A stretch of DNA of 64,000 nucleotides. It comes from Cyanobacteria bacterium auto_48_18. GTDB lineage: Bacteria; Cyanobacteriota; Vampirovibrionia; Obscuribacterales; Obscuribacteraceae. Shown here in pieces: positions 8,074 through 18,377 of this stretch. Positions within the stretch are counted from its first letter, which is position 1, and each line of letters starts with the position of its first letter. Position numbers and translations under genes: made by a program. The notes under the pieces were generated by a model, which was given only the letters and a program-made list of their open reading frames with translations, ran no database searches and was not told where the DNA came from. Location: the NCBI GenBank assembly GCA_036170915.1, contig JAVHQC010000033.1:160001-224000 (forward strand), in the 5' to 3' direction.

Positions 8074-9366
8074 ATGTTTGTTCAAAAAAATCGGCCTCCG
8101 CTGGCAGAGCGCATGCGCCCCAGGGAGCTGGACGAATATTATGGTCAGGAAAAACTTTTGGCTGACGGCGGTGTATTGCGCACTATGTTGGCCGAAGGCA
8201 ATTTAAGTTCGTTTATTTTATGGGGGCCGCCGGGCGTAGGTAAAACTACCCTGGCCCGCATTGTGGCCAAAGAGACCGACAGTAAGTGGATTGCCTTTAC
8301 TGCGGTCACCGCCGGCATGAAAGAAATCAAGGCCGTGATGAATGAAGCGGAAGCCTTCATGAAAATTGAAGGCCGCCGCACCATTATGTTTGTCGATGAA
8401 ATTCATCGCTTCAACAAAGCTCAACAAGACGCCTTTTTGCCCTATGTAGAAACAGGCACCATTTGTCTGGTTGGTGCCACCACTGAAAATCCATCATTTG
8501 AAATCAATTCTGCTTTGCTCTCGCGGCTCAAAGTTTTTGTTATGGATGAACTTGATTTGCCTGCTCTGCTCAAAATCATGAACACCGCACTAACAGACAA
8601 AGAAAGAGGTATTGGTGATCTTGAACTCACCGCTAGCGAAGACACTCTCAAATTAATCGCCGCCTATTCATCAGGTGACGCACGCACCGCGCTTAATTCG
8701 CTGGAGCTAGCGGCCAATCTTGCCAGCAAGCGTGGCCAGAAAGAAATAAGTGAAAAAGAGATTCGCTCAGCTGTGCAACAAGCGGTTTTACGATATGACA
8801 AAGATGGCGAAAATCATTTCAATCTAATTTCGGCTTTGCATAAGTCAATTCGCAATTCAGATGTGCAAGCAAGTTTGTACTGGTTGGCACGCATGATGGA
8901 AGCCGGTGAGGAGCCTCTTTATGTTGCTCGTCGACTGGTGCGTTTTGCATCTGAAGATATTGGCCTGGCCGCACCACAAGCACTGACTCAAGCAGTGGCG
9001 GCCATGCAGGCTGTAGATTTTATCGGTGTGCCAGAAGGTAAATTGGCTCTGGCTCAGTGTGTTGTTTACATGGCCCTGGCACCGAAATCGAATGCGTTAT
9101 ATAAGGCTTACAATGAGGCCGCTCAAGATGCACTAAATACAGTGCAGCATCCGGTTCCTCTGCACTTGCGCAATGCTCCGACTAAATTGATGAAAGAGAT
9201 TGGATATGCTAAGGGCTATCAATATGCTCATGATTATGAAGGCGGCAAGGCCGAAAACATGAAATGTATGCCGGCTGAATTGGCTCATCGCAAATACTTC
9301 CAGCCTAGTGATCGCGGCTTTGAAGGTAAAGTGCGGAAGGCCGAGAACAATAACGTAGTCGAGTGA
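8074..9366 (+). CDS. rarA: Replication-associated recombination protein A (MgsA)
   Basis: PLAERMRP, WGPPGVGKTT, DEIHRFNKAQQD, ISALHKSIR, SEDIGLA, PLHLRNAPT. Confidence 0.97.
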   Translation: MFVQKNRPPLAERMRPRELDEYYGQEKLLADGGVLRTMLAEGNLSSFILWGPPGVGKTTLARIVAKETDSKWIAFTAVTAGMKEIKAVMNEAEAFMKIEGRRTIMFVDEIHRFNKAQQDAFLPYVETGTICLVGATTENPSFEINSALLSRLKVFVMDELDLPALLKIMNTALTDKERGIGDLELTASEDTLKLIAAYSSGDARTALNSLELAANLASKRGQKEISEKEIRSAVQQAVLRYDKDGENHFNLISALHKSIRNSDVQASLYWLARMMEAGEEPLYVARRLVRFASEDIGLAAPQALTQAVAAMQAVDFIGVPEGKLALAQCVVYMALAPKSNALYKAYNEAAQDALNTVQHPVPLHLRNAPTKLMKEIGYAKGYQYAHDYEGGKAENMKCMPAELAHRKYFQPSDRGFEGKVRKAENNNVVE

Positions 9367-9388
9367 GTGGAGTTGAGCAACAAAAGTA

Positions 9389-10021
9389 TTATTTGCTATT
9401 TTGCGGCTCTATGCTAAATCCTAATTCTCCGGCCGTCTTCTGCAGGGTTTGTTTCAGGCTCGAGTGACTTAGGGGGATGCTGCTGATTACCTTTAAAGCG
9501 CTTCGAGACCGCTCGTAAAGAGCAAGTGCCAGTTCGTCATTGTGAGCGTTGCCAAAAATCAATCCATCGAGTTGTTTGTAGATAAAGAGCGTCTCGTAAA
9601 AATATCGTGACCATTTTTGGCTTAGTGAATGGTCGCTGTCTTTGCACAGTGCAGCCACTGAGCCTGCTCTCATAGCACCATCTCCTCTTAAATCTAAGAG
9701 CATTAGCTCTCTTTCGATTTCAAAGCCGCTCAATTGCCAACTAGCGTATTGAATGATTCGCGTATCTCCGAAGATTTCAACCAGGCAGCCTGAAAGCGTT
9801 GCACCGGCATATAAAATTCCTCGATGGGGATCTAGCTCAGGGCCGCTTGCATTGTCGGTGTGATGATCAAAGCGTTTATGTGGGCCATGACTGCGAAAAC
9901 TGATTGCAGTCGCATCGTATGATGTTGGGTCAAACATGCGAACAAACTTCGACCCTCGAGGAGCGGTGAACCAAACTGGGTTGGGTGCAACCACGGGCGG
10001 TGGCGGCATAATGATTACCAT
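9389..10021 (-). CDS. RES-domain toxin
   Basis: RFDHH, LYAG..L.GCLVEIFGD, LLDLRG, DGLIF..AHN; TGATG overlap with the upstream gene. Confidence 0.8.
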   Translation of the reverse strand: MVIIMPPPPVVAPNPVWFTAPRGSKFVRMFDPTSYDATAISFRSHGPHKRFDHHTDNASGPELDPHRGILYAGATLSGCLVEIFGDTRIIQYASWQLSGFEIERELMLLDLRGDGAMRAGSVAALCKDSDHSLSQKWSRYFYETLFIYKQLDGLIFGNAHNDELALALYERSRSALKVISSIPLSHSSLKQTLQKTAGELGFSIEPQNSK

Positions 10022-10638
10022 CAAGCCACCCCGACAGAACGTGCCTCGCGCAATACCCGTTCTGTGTCGCCGTGCCTCAAAATATGAATCGGTGAATCAC
10101 CATCGAACACTGCATTTGGTGTCACAAGCCAACTTACCTTACTAAGCAAACTACCAGACAGGTCTTTCAAAACCTCAGTTAAACCGGACACCGTCCCATC
10201 TGGGCCTGTAGGGTCGAATTGAAAGAGCGGTAGTCTCATTACATTTGATTCTATAAGACCGATCAACTTGTTCTCGCGTATGCGATCATGAATAGTTTGT
10301 TTTGAAACACCAAGCATTTCTGCAGCTTCAATCGAGCCAATAGAATTGTCTAGAAGCTCGCGTCTGCGTTTAAAGAAGTTGTATAAGCTAGTCACTTCCA
10401 GCGATTTGGCCTCATGAGGAGTAAATCTTTTGATGCCCAAAAGCTCAGCAAGAGCGGGATCTATTTCCTGATTGCGCTCGGCGGAAACGCTGGACATGCG
10501 ACTCAAGAGACAGGCGACTCCCTCTGGGCCTAGAGTGTCTACAAAAAAGCGTGCTGCTGCTTCATCACTTCCAAGTTCTTGAAAGTATTTTTGCAACATG
10601 TCGACGGCAACCATCTGGTTTTTGGCCTTGGCACGCAT
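10021..10638 (-). CDS. HTH antitoxin of the RES toxin (Xre/MbcA-like)
   Basis: EAAEMLGVSKQTIHDR HTH, LPLFQF, WLVTPN..FDGDSPI..L. Confidence 0.75.
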   Translation of the reverse strand: MRAKAKNQMVAVDMLQKYFQELGSDEAAARFFVDTLGPEGVACLLSRMSSVSAERNQEIDPALAELLGIKRFTPHEAKSLEVTSLYNFFKRRRELLDNSIGSIEAAEMLGVSKQTIHDRIRENKLIGLIESNVMRLPLFQFDPTGPDGTVSGLTEVLKDLSGSLLSKVSWLVTPNAVFDGDSPIHILRHGDTERVLREARSVGVA

Positions 10639-10755
10639 GTTAAACCTCGCCTATTCTGACTTTAATACTATCAGCCTTTGGCAAGCGCGTCAAGTTTCCA
10701 CGCTTGACCAGCGTTCTCAGCTGCTATCCGTGGGGGTTCTGGACTCTCTTCCATC

Positions 10756-10799
10756 CAATAAAAAAAAGAGGAAGCATACACTTCCTCTTTTTTTTATTG
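10756..10799. terminator. Intrinsic terminator, potentially bidirectional
   Basis: CAATAAAAAAAAGAGGAAG-cataca-CTTCCTCTTTTTTTTATTG inverted repeat. Confidence 0.85.
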
Positions 10800-10817
10800 T
10801 CATTAGTGCCTACAAAG

Positions 10818-11441
10818 TTAGTGTTTGTACCAACTTTGAGGAACGAATTTGTGCCACCATTTTTGTGCCTTAACGGCTTCTAGTTCGGTGCGGGTGCTAT
10901 TAAGAATGCTCGATAGGCGAGTATTTTCTTCTTCGACTGTTACTAGAATATCTTCAAGATAATCGCGTTCGACTTTCACCTTAGCCAGTGCGTCCATTAG
11001 ATAACGGCGCTCTTTTACGGCTGCTTCTTTTTCGTATTCGACAACCTTGAGCACGCGCACTTGTTCTTCTAGTACAGGAATTCTTTGAATGGTGAAGTAT
11101 TGGCTGACCATGATTTGCTTAACGGCAGCATTCTCTTCAGTCATTTCCTGCATTTTAGTAAGAAGAGCGATCACTCTTCTTTGCAGGTAAGTTACTTCGT
11201 CTTGACTCTTGCTAGCGACTTTTTGTTCTTTGTACTTTTGAACAACATCGAGCACCTGATAGCGCACTCGACGATCTCTAGTTTGCTTGAGTCTAAGATC
11301 TTCTGGTTCTGGAGCAGGCTCGGAGGCCCATTTGAAGATGTGATCTAATCCGTCAACTTCAATGGCATCGGCGTGCTGACCTGGTGCTTCACCAGGAGAA
11401 AAATCTAGGTTGTCGGCAGTATTTTTTTTACGATTGCTCAC
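10818..11441 (-). CDS. Hypothetical coiled-coil protein
   Basis: E/K/Q/L heptad-rich body with a KWWHKF C-terminus. Confidence 0.75.
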   Translation of the reverse strand: MSNRKKNTADNLDFSPGEAPGQHADAIEVDGLDHIFKWASEPAPEPEDLRLKQTRDRRVRYQVLDVVQKYKEQKVASKSQDEVTYLQRRVIALLTKMQEMTEENAAVKQIMVSQYFTIQRIPVLEEQVRVLKVVEYEKEAAVKERRYLMDALAKVKVERDYLEDILVTVEEENTRLSSILNSTRTELEAVKAQKWWHKFVPQSWYKH

Positions 11442-12084
11442 ACTTATACCCCTTTCTTAAAACCTATAATACCGATAAACCATGAATTTGTAAAAGTAAA
11501 TTTGCCATTGCCAATGGTGCGGCACCACTTACCTCTTGGAAGCACCGCTTATGGTGCAATAGTGGTGGCTGGTGGCATTTTGCGCTGGCACTATTGGTGG
11601 TGACATAAGTTAAAAATGCGGCGTTTTCGCACCCTGTTGCGTTGATGCAAATGATTAATTCGTGCCGTAATTCATTTATAAGTCGGTTGAATGTCGGTTG
11701 TGAGCCAGTGTAAAAGCGCATTAAGTCTTTTATCGGACGCACATTTTGGCGATACGATGGAAATGGAGAGCGGTATTCCTATATAAGGCGATTTGATATC
11801 GGCGAGTTGAAGTGCGGGTTCGAAAAGTTGAACGCACCGTATGCGGCTAGGCCCTTAACCCCGGGGAAAATGGCTGAATATTTTCCAAAAATATTTTAAA
11901 TTCATGTATGCCTTGCCTGGCGCAGGTTTCGGGAGTTTGAAGGGCCGCAAAAGCAGGGAATAGTGGGAGAAACCGGGGGGTAGTACGTAATTACGCGCAA
12001 GACAAGAGCCTGGCGAATGGCTAAGGTAGATACGAGCCGCAAACAGGCAATTGAAACCTGATTAAGGCCCGAAGGAGAGAAGAC

Positions 12085-12795
12085 GTGAGCACCAAGTCGG
12101 TACAGAAAATAGCAAATGCACTTTCAACCGCTCTATTGGCTGTCGCTGCTTTCTCTTGCCCAGTGTTCGCTTATGGCGAATCTGACGTGATGAATACATT
12201 GAGAAGTCCGCTCATCTACGGCGCGCCCAATAGCCCAGCATGGGTGCCCGCCCAGGAAGGTTGCCCACCACCAATCGGTAGTGGCGACTGCCCTTTACCT
12301 GTTACCGGTGGTGATTATGGTGCGCCTTTCCTACCAGTGACTTCAGTGCCAATGCCTCTAGTAGGGCCTCTGGATAAAGCCACGGTCAATGCCTTTGCCG
12401 CTCCCTACTTGTGCCCACCACCTTCAACTCCAGGTTACGACCCTTATTCAATAAATGGTTCGAGTGGAGGTTATGGTGTTAGTGCTCCGGTCTCGGTGGT
12501 TAATGTAAGCCCCGGCGGCGGTTTGGAAGGTAGTGCACCAACTCGTAGATGGAGAGCCCAGCGCTCATTCGACCATGGTCAACCCAACAATGTACGCGGC
12601 AATGGTTCAACCCTCAACGATTTTGGTCAGAAGCTCTGTGATAAACCAGATTTGAAAATGGTCCCGCAAGTTTCACAAGATGGCCCGAGACAACAAGGCA
12701 GCTGGATGGGCCAGACCACACAAGATTTACACGGAAACAGGTCGCTCTTTAAAGGACCAAATCTCCGCTCTCAACTCACAATCGCTCCATATTAA
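12085..12795 (+). CDS. Secreted Pro/Gly-rich protein (paralog of 12864)
   Basis: AAGGAG RBS, signal peptide, LRSPLIYGAPN. Confidence 0.8.
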   Translation: MSTKSVQKIANALSTALLAVAAFSCPVFAYGESDVMNTLRSPLIYGAPNSPAWVPAQEGCPPPIGSGDCPLPVTGGDYGAPFLPVTSVPMPLVGPLDKATVNAFAAPYLCPPPSTPGYDPYSINGSSGGYGVSAPVSVVNVSPGGGLEGSAPTRRWRAQRSFDHGQPNNVRGNGSTLNDFGQKLCDKPDLKMVPQVSQDGPRQQGSWMGQTTQDLHGNRSLFKGPNLRSQLTIAPY

Positions 12796-12863
12796 CTTCA
12801 CGAATTTTTCCCTCGCCCGCCACGCTCAACTTATTCTTTATAACGGCTTCAGGAGGCCAGACA

Positions 12864-13856
12864 ATGTTTAACCGTAAGTTCATCCCCGCAGTATTCTCTG
12901 CAATCACCATAAGTGCCACTTGCGCACTTGCCTCCTCAGCCCAACCGTGGCCAGGCAGCCCACCACAAGTTGGCCCTGCTCCGGTGAGCCCAGTGAGCAC
13001 TTTGCGCACACCATTGATTCAAGGCCAGCCAAACGGCGCGCCGTTCCAGGCACCAATCGAAGGCGCTCCACCAGCGATTGGTGACGGCCCAACTCCAGCA
13101 GGTGTCAACCCAGGTATGGGTGGCTCACCAGAGTTGATGCCATGGGTACCGGCCATTCCAGCCAACCAGATTGACAATAGTTTTTCAGGCATTCCTTTAG
13201 GCATTAGTCCAGCAATCGTTTCTCCTCCTGGAGTATTGGGACCATCGCTGACAGGCATTGTGCCGCAGTCGCCATCAACTCCTGGTGTAGATCCTGGATC
13301 GCTTTCGGCTCCTCCTGGATTCATTAATGCTTCACAGCAAGTCAACATCATGCCTTACGGCGGATTTGCCGGTACTGGTGGATATAACACCACAGTTCCA
13401 ACCGTGCGTCGTGGTGGACAGGAGACTGCCCAGTGGGGATACCGCGGTCGTAACTCAATGATTGGTGGCTTCGGTGGTGACGGTTCGCAAGACAACGTAG
13501 AGCGAATGGGGCCATGGGCCGGCTGGGGCGCTGTAACCGGCGTACCTACAGGTAATGGCTTGAGATCTGGATCTATCGACCTCGGCGGCGGTCAACGCTT
13601 CCAGGCCGGCGGAGCCATCATTCCAACCGGTTCGAGCATTCAAGACTTTGGTCTGTCTGCCACCAGAAACAACCCGATTGGTGCATTGCAAGCTAATCAG
13701 TCTTATGAATTCGGCCAGGGCTTCAGACGGATACCCATGTACAGCAGCAAGACTACTGACTTCGGTTTCCCCTACACCCAGTTCTCACCAGGCAACGTAA
13801 CTGCTCAAAAGACCGGCCAACGTTTGCTTCCAACTGGAGTAATCACCAACTTCTAA
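12864..13856 (+). CDS. Secreted Pro/Gly-rich protein
   Basis: AGGAGG RBS, signal peptide, LRTPLIQGQPN. Confidence 0.8.
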   Translation: MFNRKFIPAVFSAITISATCALASSAQPWPGSPPQVGPAPVSPVSTLRTPLIQGQPNGAPFQAPIEGAPPAIGDGPTPAGVNPGMGGSPELMPWVPAIPANQIDNSFSGIPLGISPAIVSPPGVLGPSLTGIVPQSPSTPGVDPGSLSAPPGFINASQQVNIMPYGGFAGTGGYNTTVPTVRRGGQETAQWGYRGRNSMIGGFGGDGSQDNVERMGPWAGWGAVTGVPTGNGLRSGSIDLGGGQRFQAGGAIIPTGSSIQDFGLSATRNNPIGALQANQSYEFGQGFRRIPMYSSKTTDFGFPYTQFSPGNVTAQKTGQRLLPTGVITNF

Positions 13857-14069
13857 AAAGAAATTGTGTGGCTTAAATTTTGTCCCGGTAATCCGTAAAG
13901 TCGCAAGACTCCAATCCTGCCGGGTTGCCGGGATGAAACTAAATAAAACCCTTAGGGGGGAATTCCCATGATCGTGGGAATCCCCCCGATTTCATTCCTG
14001 GTGGGGGTTTCGTAATATGTATCTAACGAACCGCATTGCGGCACCCCTAGGACAACGGACTCAAGAATC

Positions 14070-14783
14070 ATGAGAAGAGAAGCCCCAACAAACAGAATCG
14101 CTAAATTGGCACTAGCTGTGGCCCTGGTCTCTTGCTTATTCGGGCAGACACTACCTGCGATGGCACAGTACAGTCTGCAAGCTGAGCAAGATGCAATGCT
14201 TCCTCCCGATGTTGTGCCACTAGACCCGGCTGTGGGTCAAAGAATGTCCCAAGCGCAAGCTGCAGCTCGTCAGAACAACGCCAATAATAGCTATAACAAC
14301 GGCCAACAGTCAGCAATGGCTGGTGACCCTTCCATGGCTAATGGCATGTCGAACGGTATGTCTAACGGAATGCCTAATAACATGTCGAATGACCAGGGCA
14401 TGCAAAACAATTTCAACAATCAGTCACAGGGCCAGTTCAACAACATGCAACAGGCCAACAACATGGGTCAGCCTAATGGCAATGCTCCAGGCAGCACCGG
14501 TACATCAGACTGGATCATGCCTAATGGCCAGGACCAAAATGCCCCAATGACCGCTTACGGTAATGTCAGCCAAACTCAAACACTGACTGCACCTCCATCT
14601 AATCCAATCGTACGACGCTCCACTCGCCGCGGCGGGATGGGCACTGCTGTTAGCGCTCTGGCCGGATTCGGCGCCGGCGCTATGGTAGGCACCATGATCA
14701 GACGGCCCAACACGCTGTTCGGTCTCGGCGCTACCGGTCTGTTTATGACCGGCTTCGGTACACGCAACGGCTTCCGGTTTTAG
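14070..14783 (+). CDS. Secreted Asn/Gln/Met-rich protein with a glycine-zipper-like C-terminus
   Basis: Signal peptide AMA-Q; low-complexity middle; AGFGAGAMVG. Confidence 0.78.
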   Translation: MRREAPTNRIAKLALAVALVSCLFGQTLPAMAQYSLQAEQDAMLPPDVVPLDPAVGQRMSQAQAAARQNNANNSYNNGQQSAMAGDPSMANGMSNGMSNGMPNNMSNDQGMQNNFNNQSQGQFNNMQQANNMGQPNGNAPGSTGTSDWIMPNGQDQNAPMTAYGNVSQTQTLTAPPSNPIVRRSTRRGGMGTAVSALAGFGAGAMVGTMIRRPNTLFGLGATGLFMTGFGTRNGFRF

Positions 14784-14809
14784 TTTTCTTTTTGTCTGGA
14801 GACAAGGCA

Positions 14810-15451
14810 ATGAATTTCAAAATTTTTCTTTCTGTAATCGCTCTTGCTGTAACTACTGTTGCTGCTCAACCGGCTGCCCGAGCTGATGAGGGTGGTGGTG
14901 GCAACATGAGATGGAAGTTTGCCCCAAACGTTTACAGACTTGAAGAGCCTACCGGACCACGTCACCATGCTTTTCATGAGCCACCAGCGCAACAAGTGCG
15001 TCGTGGTCAAACTCCTGGTGTACACAATATGCTCGGATTCAACCCAGCAACTTTGAAGAAGCCAGTGGCCGCTGTGCCGCAGCAACAGCCCAATGTCATG
15101 GCTCAACTGGTGCCTCCAGGTTTCAACAATTTGTTTGGCAAACCAACTTCAACTGGTACTGCAGCCACTGCCCAGGCCAAGCCTCTGACAGCTTTGATGG
15201 CTCCTACCGCTTCAACACTTGCACCATCGAGACCAGCCGTCAAAGCGCCTGTGCGTCGTATGGCTAGCAACAACAATGTTATGGCTCGCATGAGACGGCC
15301 TGCTCGCAGTCAATCTCACAATGCCAGCGCCGGACCGATTGCATCGTACGGACAAGGTGTGGGTTACATTCCTGGATCGACCGCTCCTGGCGTAACCGGT
15401 GGAAGTGGTGGTGCCAACGCTACTGTTAACGGTAAGTTGATTCGTCACTAG
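14810..15451 (+). CDS. Secreted basic Pro/Ala-rich protein (paralog of 15532)
   Basis: Signal peptide; WKFAPNVY, IASYGQGVGYIPGST, VNGKLI. Confidence 0.78.
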   Translation: MNFKIFLSVIALAVTTVAAQPAARADEGGGGNMRWKFAPNVYRLEEPTGPRHHAFHEPPAQQVRRGQTPGVHNMLGFNPATLKKPVAAVPQQQPNVMAQLVPPGFNNLFGKPTSTGTAATAQAKPLTALMAPTASTLAPSRPAVKAPVRRMASNNNVMARMRRPARSQSHNASAGPIASYGQGVGYIPGSTAPGVTGGSGGANATVNGKLIRH

Positions 15452-15531
15452 TCCACAGTTAAGCATCAACTGAGAAATACACTCTTCGGGGTGTATTTCT
15501 CGTTTTCTTTTTCTTGAGGGTCGGTATATTT

Positions 15532-16140
15532 ATGAAAATTTTGCCTCTCTTTTTGATTTCGGCAGTGGTCGGCATGGCCAGTATTTCTGTGTCGGTGCCG
15601 GCAGCACAGGCGCAATCTCCGCGCTTTGAATATGCTCCTCATTATTGGGAAAAAGATCAGTCGACGGGAGGTCGTCGCCGCCGTGGCTACAACAATCTGG
15701 CACCACTTGTGCTGCAAAACGTACCGAGCGGAAAAACTGTCAGTGCGCAGAATATGACTGGTGTGGATTTCGCCAATCTGCCTAAACGAAGTGCAGTAGC
15801 CCCTGCGAGGACGACAGCGGTGAATTCTGTGGCGTCAGATTCTGGTGCTTTTGGTAAACCAAACGTACCGGCCGCAGCTCGGGCAGGTTCAATCAGACCA
15901 GGACTGCCGATGACTGCGATGCCTGAATTGGCCACAACTCCAGCAAAGCCAATTAAGGCTGCGAGCAAATCCACTAACGCTTTAAGAAATATAAGCGGCA
16001 AGCGACTGGCAAAACTGCCTACTATCCAAAGCTATCCTCAAGGGGCTGGATATGTGTCCGGCTCGACGGCTCCGGCCTTGTATGGCGTGAATACTAAAGC
16101 AAGGATATCGGTCGGTGGCAAGCTGTTGCCCAAGCATTAG
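15532..16140 (+). CDS. Secreted basic Pro/Ala-rich protein
   Basis: Signal peptide; FEYAPHYW, IQSYPQGAGYVSGST, VGGKLL. Confidence 0.78.
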   Translation: MKILPLFLISAVVGMASISVSVPAAQAQSPRFEYAPHYWEKDQSTGGRRRRGYNNLAPLVLQNVPSGKTVSAQNMTGVDFANLPKRSAVAPARTTAVNSVASDSGAFGKPNVPAAARAGSIRPGLPMTAMPELATTPAKPIKAASKSTNALRNISGKRLAKLPTIQSYPQGAGYVSGSTAPALYGVNTKARISVGGKLLPKH

Positions 16141-16148
16141 CGGTAACG

Positions 16149-17000
16149 CTATCTAATCGCGCAGTCAAACAATGCAGTGTATCTGTTTCCCTTTTTGATT
16201 GCCGTAATGGGATTTGGAAAGAGCGGGCCACCAAAAGTTGGGCTTTGAATTCTTTGCACGAGATAGCTCGCCATTTCTCTTGCGCCAATCGGCCTTTCAT
16301 TGCCCATCAATTCATCAAGCATTCTCATTCTGCGAGACATGCGAGTTGATTCTGCAATCTGCTTAAAATTGGCCTCGAGCATCATTAAGCCATTTTTTTG
16401 ACTTTCGCTCAAATTTGGGGCCGTAAAAGCCTTCCTTACTTCGGCGTGCGTAATGGACGCATCTTTATCTGCATCTATCCATTTGGCGTTACTGCGTAGG
16501 AAGTTGAGGGCGCCATATTCGCCTGGTGCATGTTTCTGCAGTAGCGCGAGATCCTTGTCCAGATCGCCTCGCCATCCAGTGACAACATTCAGGTCTTCTC
16601 TAGACATAGCATCTGATTTGTCATTGCTAGCCGAAGCGAGGAATGGAAAATGATTCCGTACAAAGTTTAAATAGGTTTTGTCACTGGCGTTGACGTTGTG
16701 GTCGTTAATGGCGGCCCGGCATTCGTAGTAGCCCAGGGCTTTATCACCGTTGGTGTCATCTTTACTTGCATTCTTGTCGAACCAACCGGTCACATCCTCT
16801 AATTTTACTGTGGGCAAAACTTTATTGGCGGTGTCTGTTTCTTTTGCACCCAGCCTGGCCAGCATTTCTTTGCTGTGGTCAAGAAACATATTATGTGGAA
16901 TGGTGTCGCGTCTACTTTGGTCTCGTTGATCGAACGCATATATTGGCGGTTTGCCATCAGTAGGATCGGTTGTATCTGCGCCGGTGTCGAATTCTTTCAT
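16149..17000 (-). CDS. Hypothetical protein with two EF-hand-like repeats
   Basis: DTNGDKALGYYE and DADKDASITHAE loops. Confidence 0.65.
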   Translation of the reverse strand: MKEFDTGADTTDPTDGKPPIYAFDQRDQSRRDTIPHNMFLDHSKEMLARLGAKETDTANKVLPTVKLEDVTGWFDKNASKDDTNGDKALGYYECRAAINDHNVNASDKTYLNFVRNHFPFLASASNDKSDAMSREDLNVVTGWRGDLDKDLALLQKHAPGEYGALNFLRSNAKWIDADKDASITHAEVRKAFTAPNLSESQKNGLMMLEANFKQIAESTRMSRRMRMLDELMGNERPIGAREMASYLVQRIQSPTFGGPLFPNPITAIKKGNRYTALFDCAIR

Positions 17001-17139
17001 GATTGATTTCCTTAGCAGGTGTGTCAATCATCGGGGGTTTTTGAATCTACACGGCTGCAATAGTTTTTGGACAGAGGCGAGTGCACTTGCTGTCCTTAAA
17101 TGGTAATGTCAACCAGTGCTTCTATTTGAGGGCTGAAAA

Positions 17140-17685
17140 TTGTCTACTGAGCTAGTTATACCTGGGCCAGATGAACCCATCGGTTTTCCCATATCGCCGC
17201 TGAAGTTGGCGGTTATGCACGTTGCCACTTTTGGCCTCTATGACATTTTTTGGGCCTGGAAGAATTTTGCTAGCCTAAGTTATCCCAGTCGCAATGGATT
17301 TCGCAGGATGATTTTTGCGCTATTTCTTTCCCTATCTTTGCACGGACTATTGAAAAGATTCAAAGAATTGGGTGCTCAGCTCGGGCACAATGTAGATATA
17401 AGGCAAAATGCACTAGCCATTTCGTTCTTCTTACTAGTAATCATAAGTAATATCATTCTTCGAGCGAAAGACCCGGCATTAGTACATTTCCTTCCCGGAT
17501 TATTAGTGGTCGTTCCGCTCTATTTGAGTCAGTCGAAAATAAACGAGCTACATTGTGCTCTCAGGCCTAACATAGCCGTCGATGCCAAATTCAATGTAGC
17601 AAACATAATTGGTATTGTCGTTGGAGGAATTATGTGGCTCCTAATCTTGGTTGGCTCGTTTCTGCCACCGCTTCCAACGGATTAG
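17140..17685 (+). CDS. Hypothetical multi-pass membrane protein
   Basis: TFGLYDIFWAWKN motif and about 5 hydrophobic segments. Confidence 0.75.
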   Translation: MSTELVIPGPDEPIGFPISPLKLAVMHVATFGLYDIFWAWKNFASLSYPSRNGFRRMIFALFLSLSLHGLLKRFKELGAQLGHNVDIRQNALAISFFLLVIISNIILRAKDPALVHFLPGLLVVVPLYLSQSKINELHCALRPNIAVDAKFNVANIIGIVVGGIMWLLILVGSFLPPLPTD

Positions 17686-17867
17686 AAAAAATATTTGAAA
17701 TTTCCGTCTGCCATGGGAATTACCACATATTCAAGGTCGGGGATAAGCCTTATTGTTCATGCATAAGCCAGACGAAGCGATTGCACGGCGGTCACCTGCA
17801 AGTCCTCAAATAAGTCTGACAACCAATTAAATGCAGTTCCAACTAAATATCAGAGGTTTCTTTCACC

Positions 17868-18296
17868 ATGAATAAAGTATCAACCCTAGCCAAGAAAATT
17901 TCCAAGTCGCACTCATTCAAAGTCGCTACCCGCCTGGGATTTGTACTTGCTCCCCAGTTGGTGTTGATGGCCTTTGGAGTTTATGATCAAGCCGCTCACG
18001 CACAAGGTTTGGTTGGCGCACCAGTTGATCCACGTTATGGACAATCAAACGAAGTTGGCCAATTGGCAGACTACGGATATGACTGTGCAAGAGATATTTC
18101 CCGCGTAGTTACTGCTCTGTCCACTGTTCCATCATCTTTAGCCGGCATGAAGATTGCCTTCGGTCAAAGAGACGGCGGTGAGTCAGCAATGAACGTAGCG
18201 AAAGGCCTGGGCATCGGATTCGGCGGACCAACTGCTGTTCACTTGCTCGGAACATTCGCCATCAACAACATGGGCGGTCTGGGTGGCGGTCTCTAA
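17868..18296 (+). CDS. VirB2/TrbC-like pilin, copy 1 (allele A)
   Basis: 45-aa leader ending AHA-Q; two hydrophobic helices around an FGQRD loop; Gly-rich end; upstream of VirB6/VirB4/VirD4-like genes. Confidence 0.7.
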   Translation: MNKVSTLAKKISKSHSFKVATRLGFVLAPQLVLMAFGVYDQAAHAQGLVGAPVDPRYGQSNEVGQLADYGYDCARDISRVVTALSTVPSSLAGMKIAFGQRDGGESAMNVAKGLGIGFGGPTAVHLLGTFAINNMGGLGGGL

Positions 18297-18344
18297 ACCA
18301 AGAGACGCGAAACACCTATATAAAGACTGCTGACGAAAGCTCTC

Positions 18345-18377
18345 GAGAGCCGGGTTTTGGCCCGGCTCTTGCGTTTT
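18345..18377 (+). terminator. Intrinsic terminator after pilin 1
   Basis: GAGAGCCGGG-ttttgg-CCCGGCTCTT followed by a T-rich tail. Confidence 0.7.

Noticed and set aside
11464..11742. 92-aa minus-strand ORF in the divergent intergenic region
   Set aside because: No RBS or recognisable motif; likely promoter DNA
13884..13935. c-di-GMP-I riboswitch
   Set aside because: The 3' end GCCGGGTTGCCG is reminiscent, but the 5' GGCAAA..GAAA stem is missing
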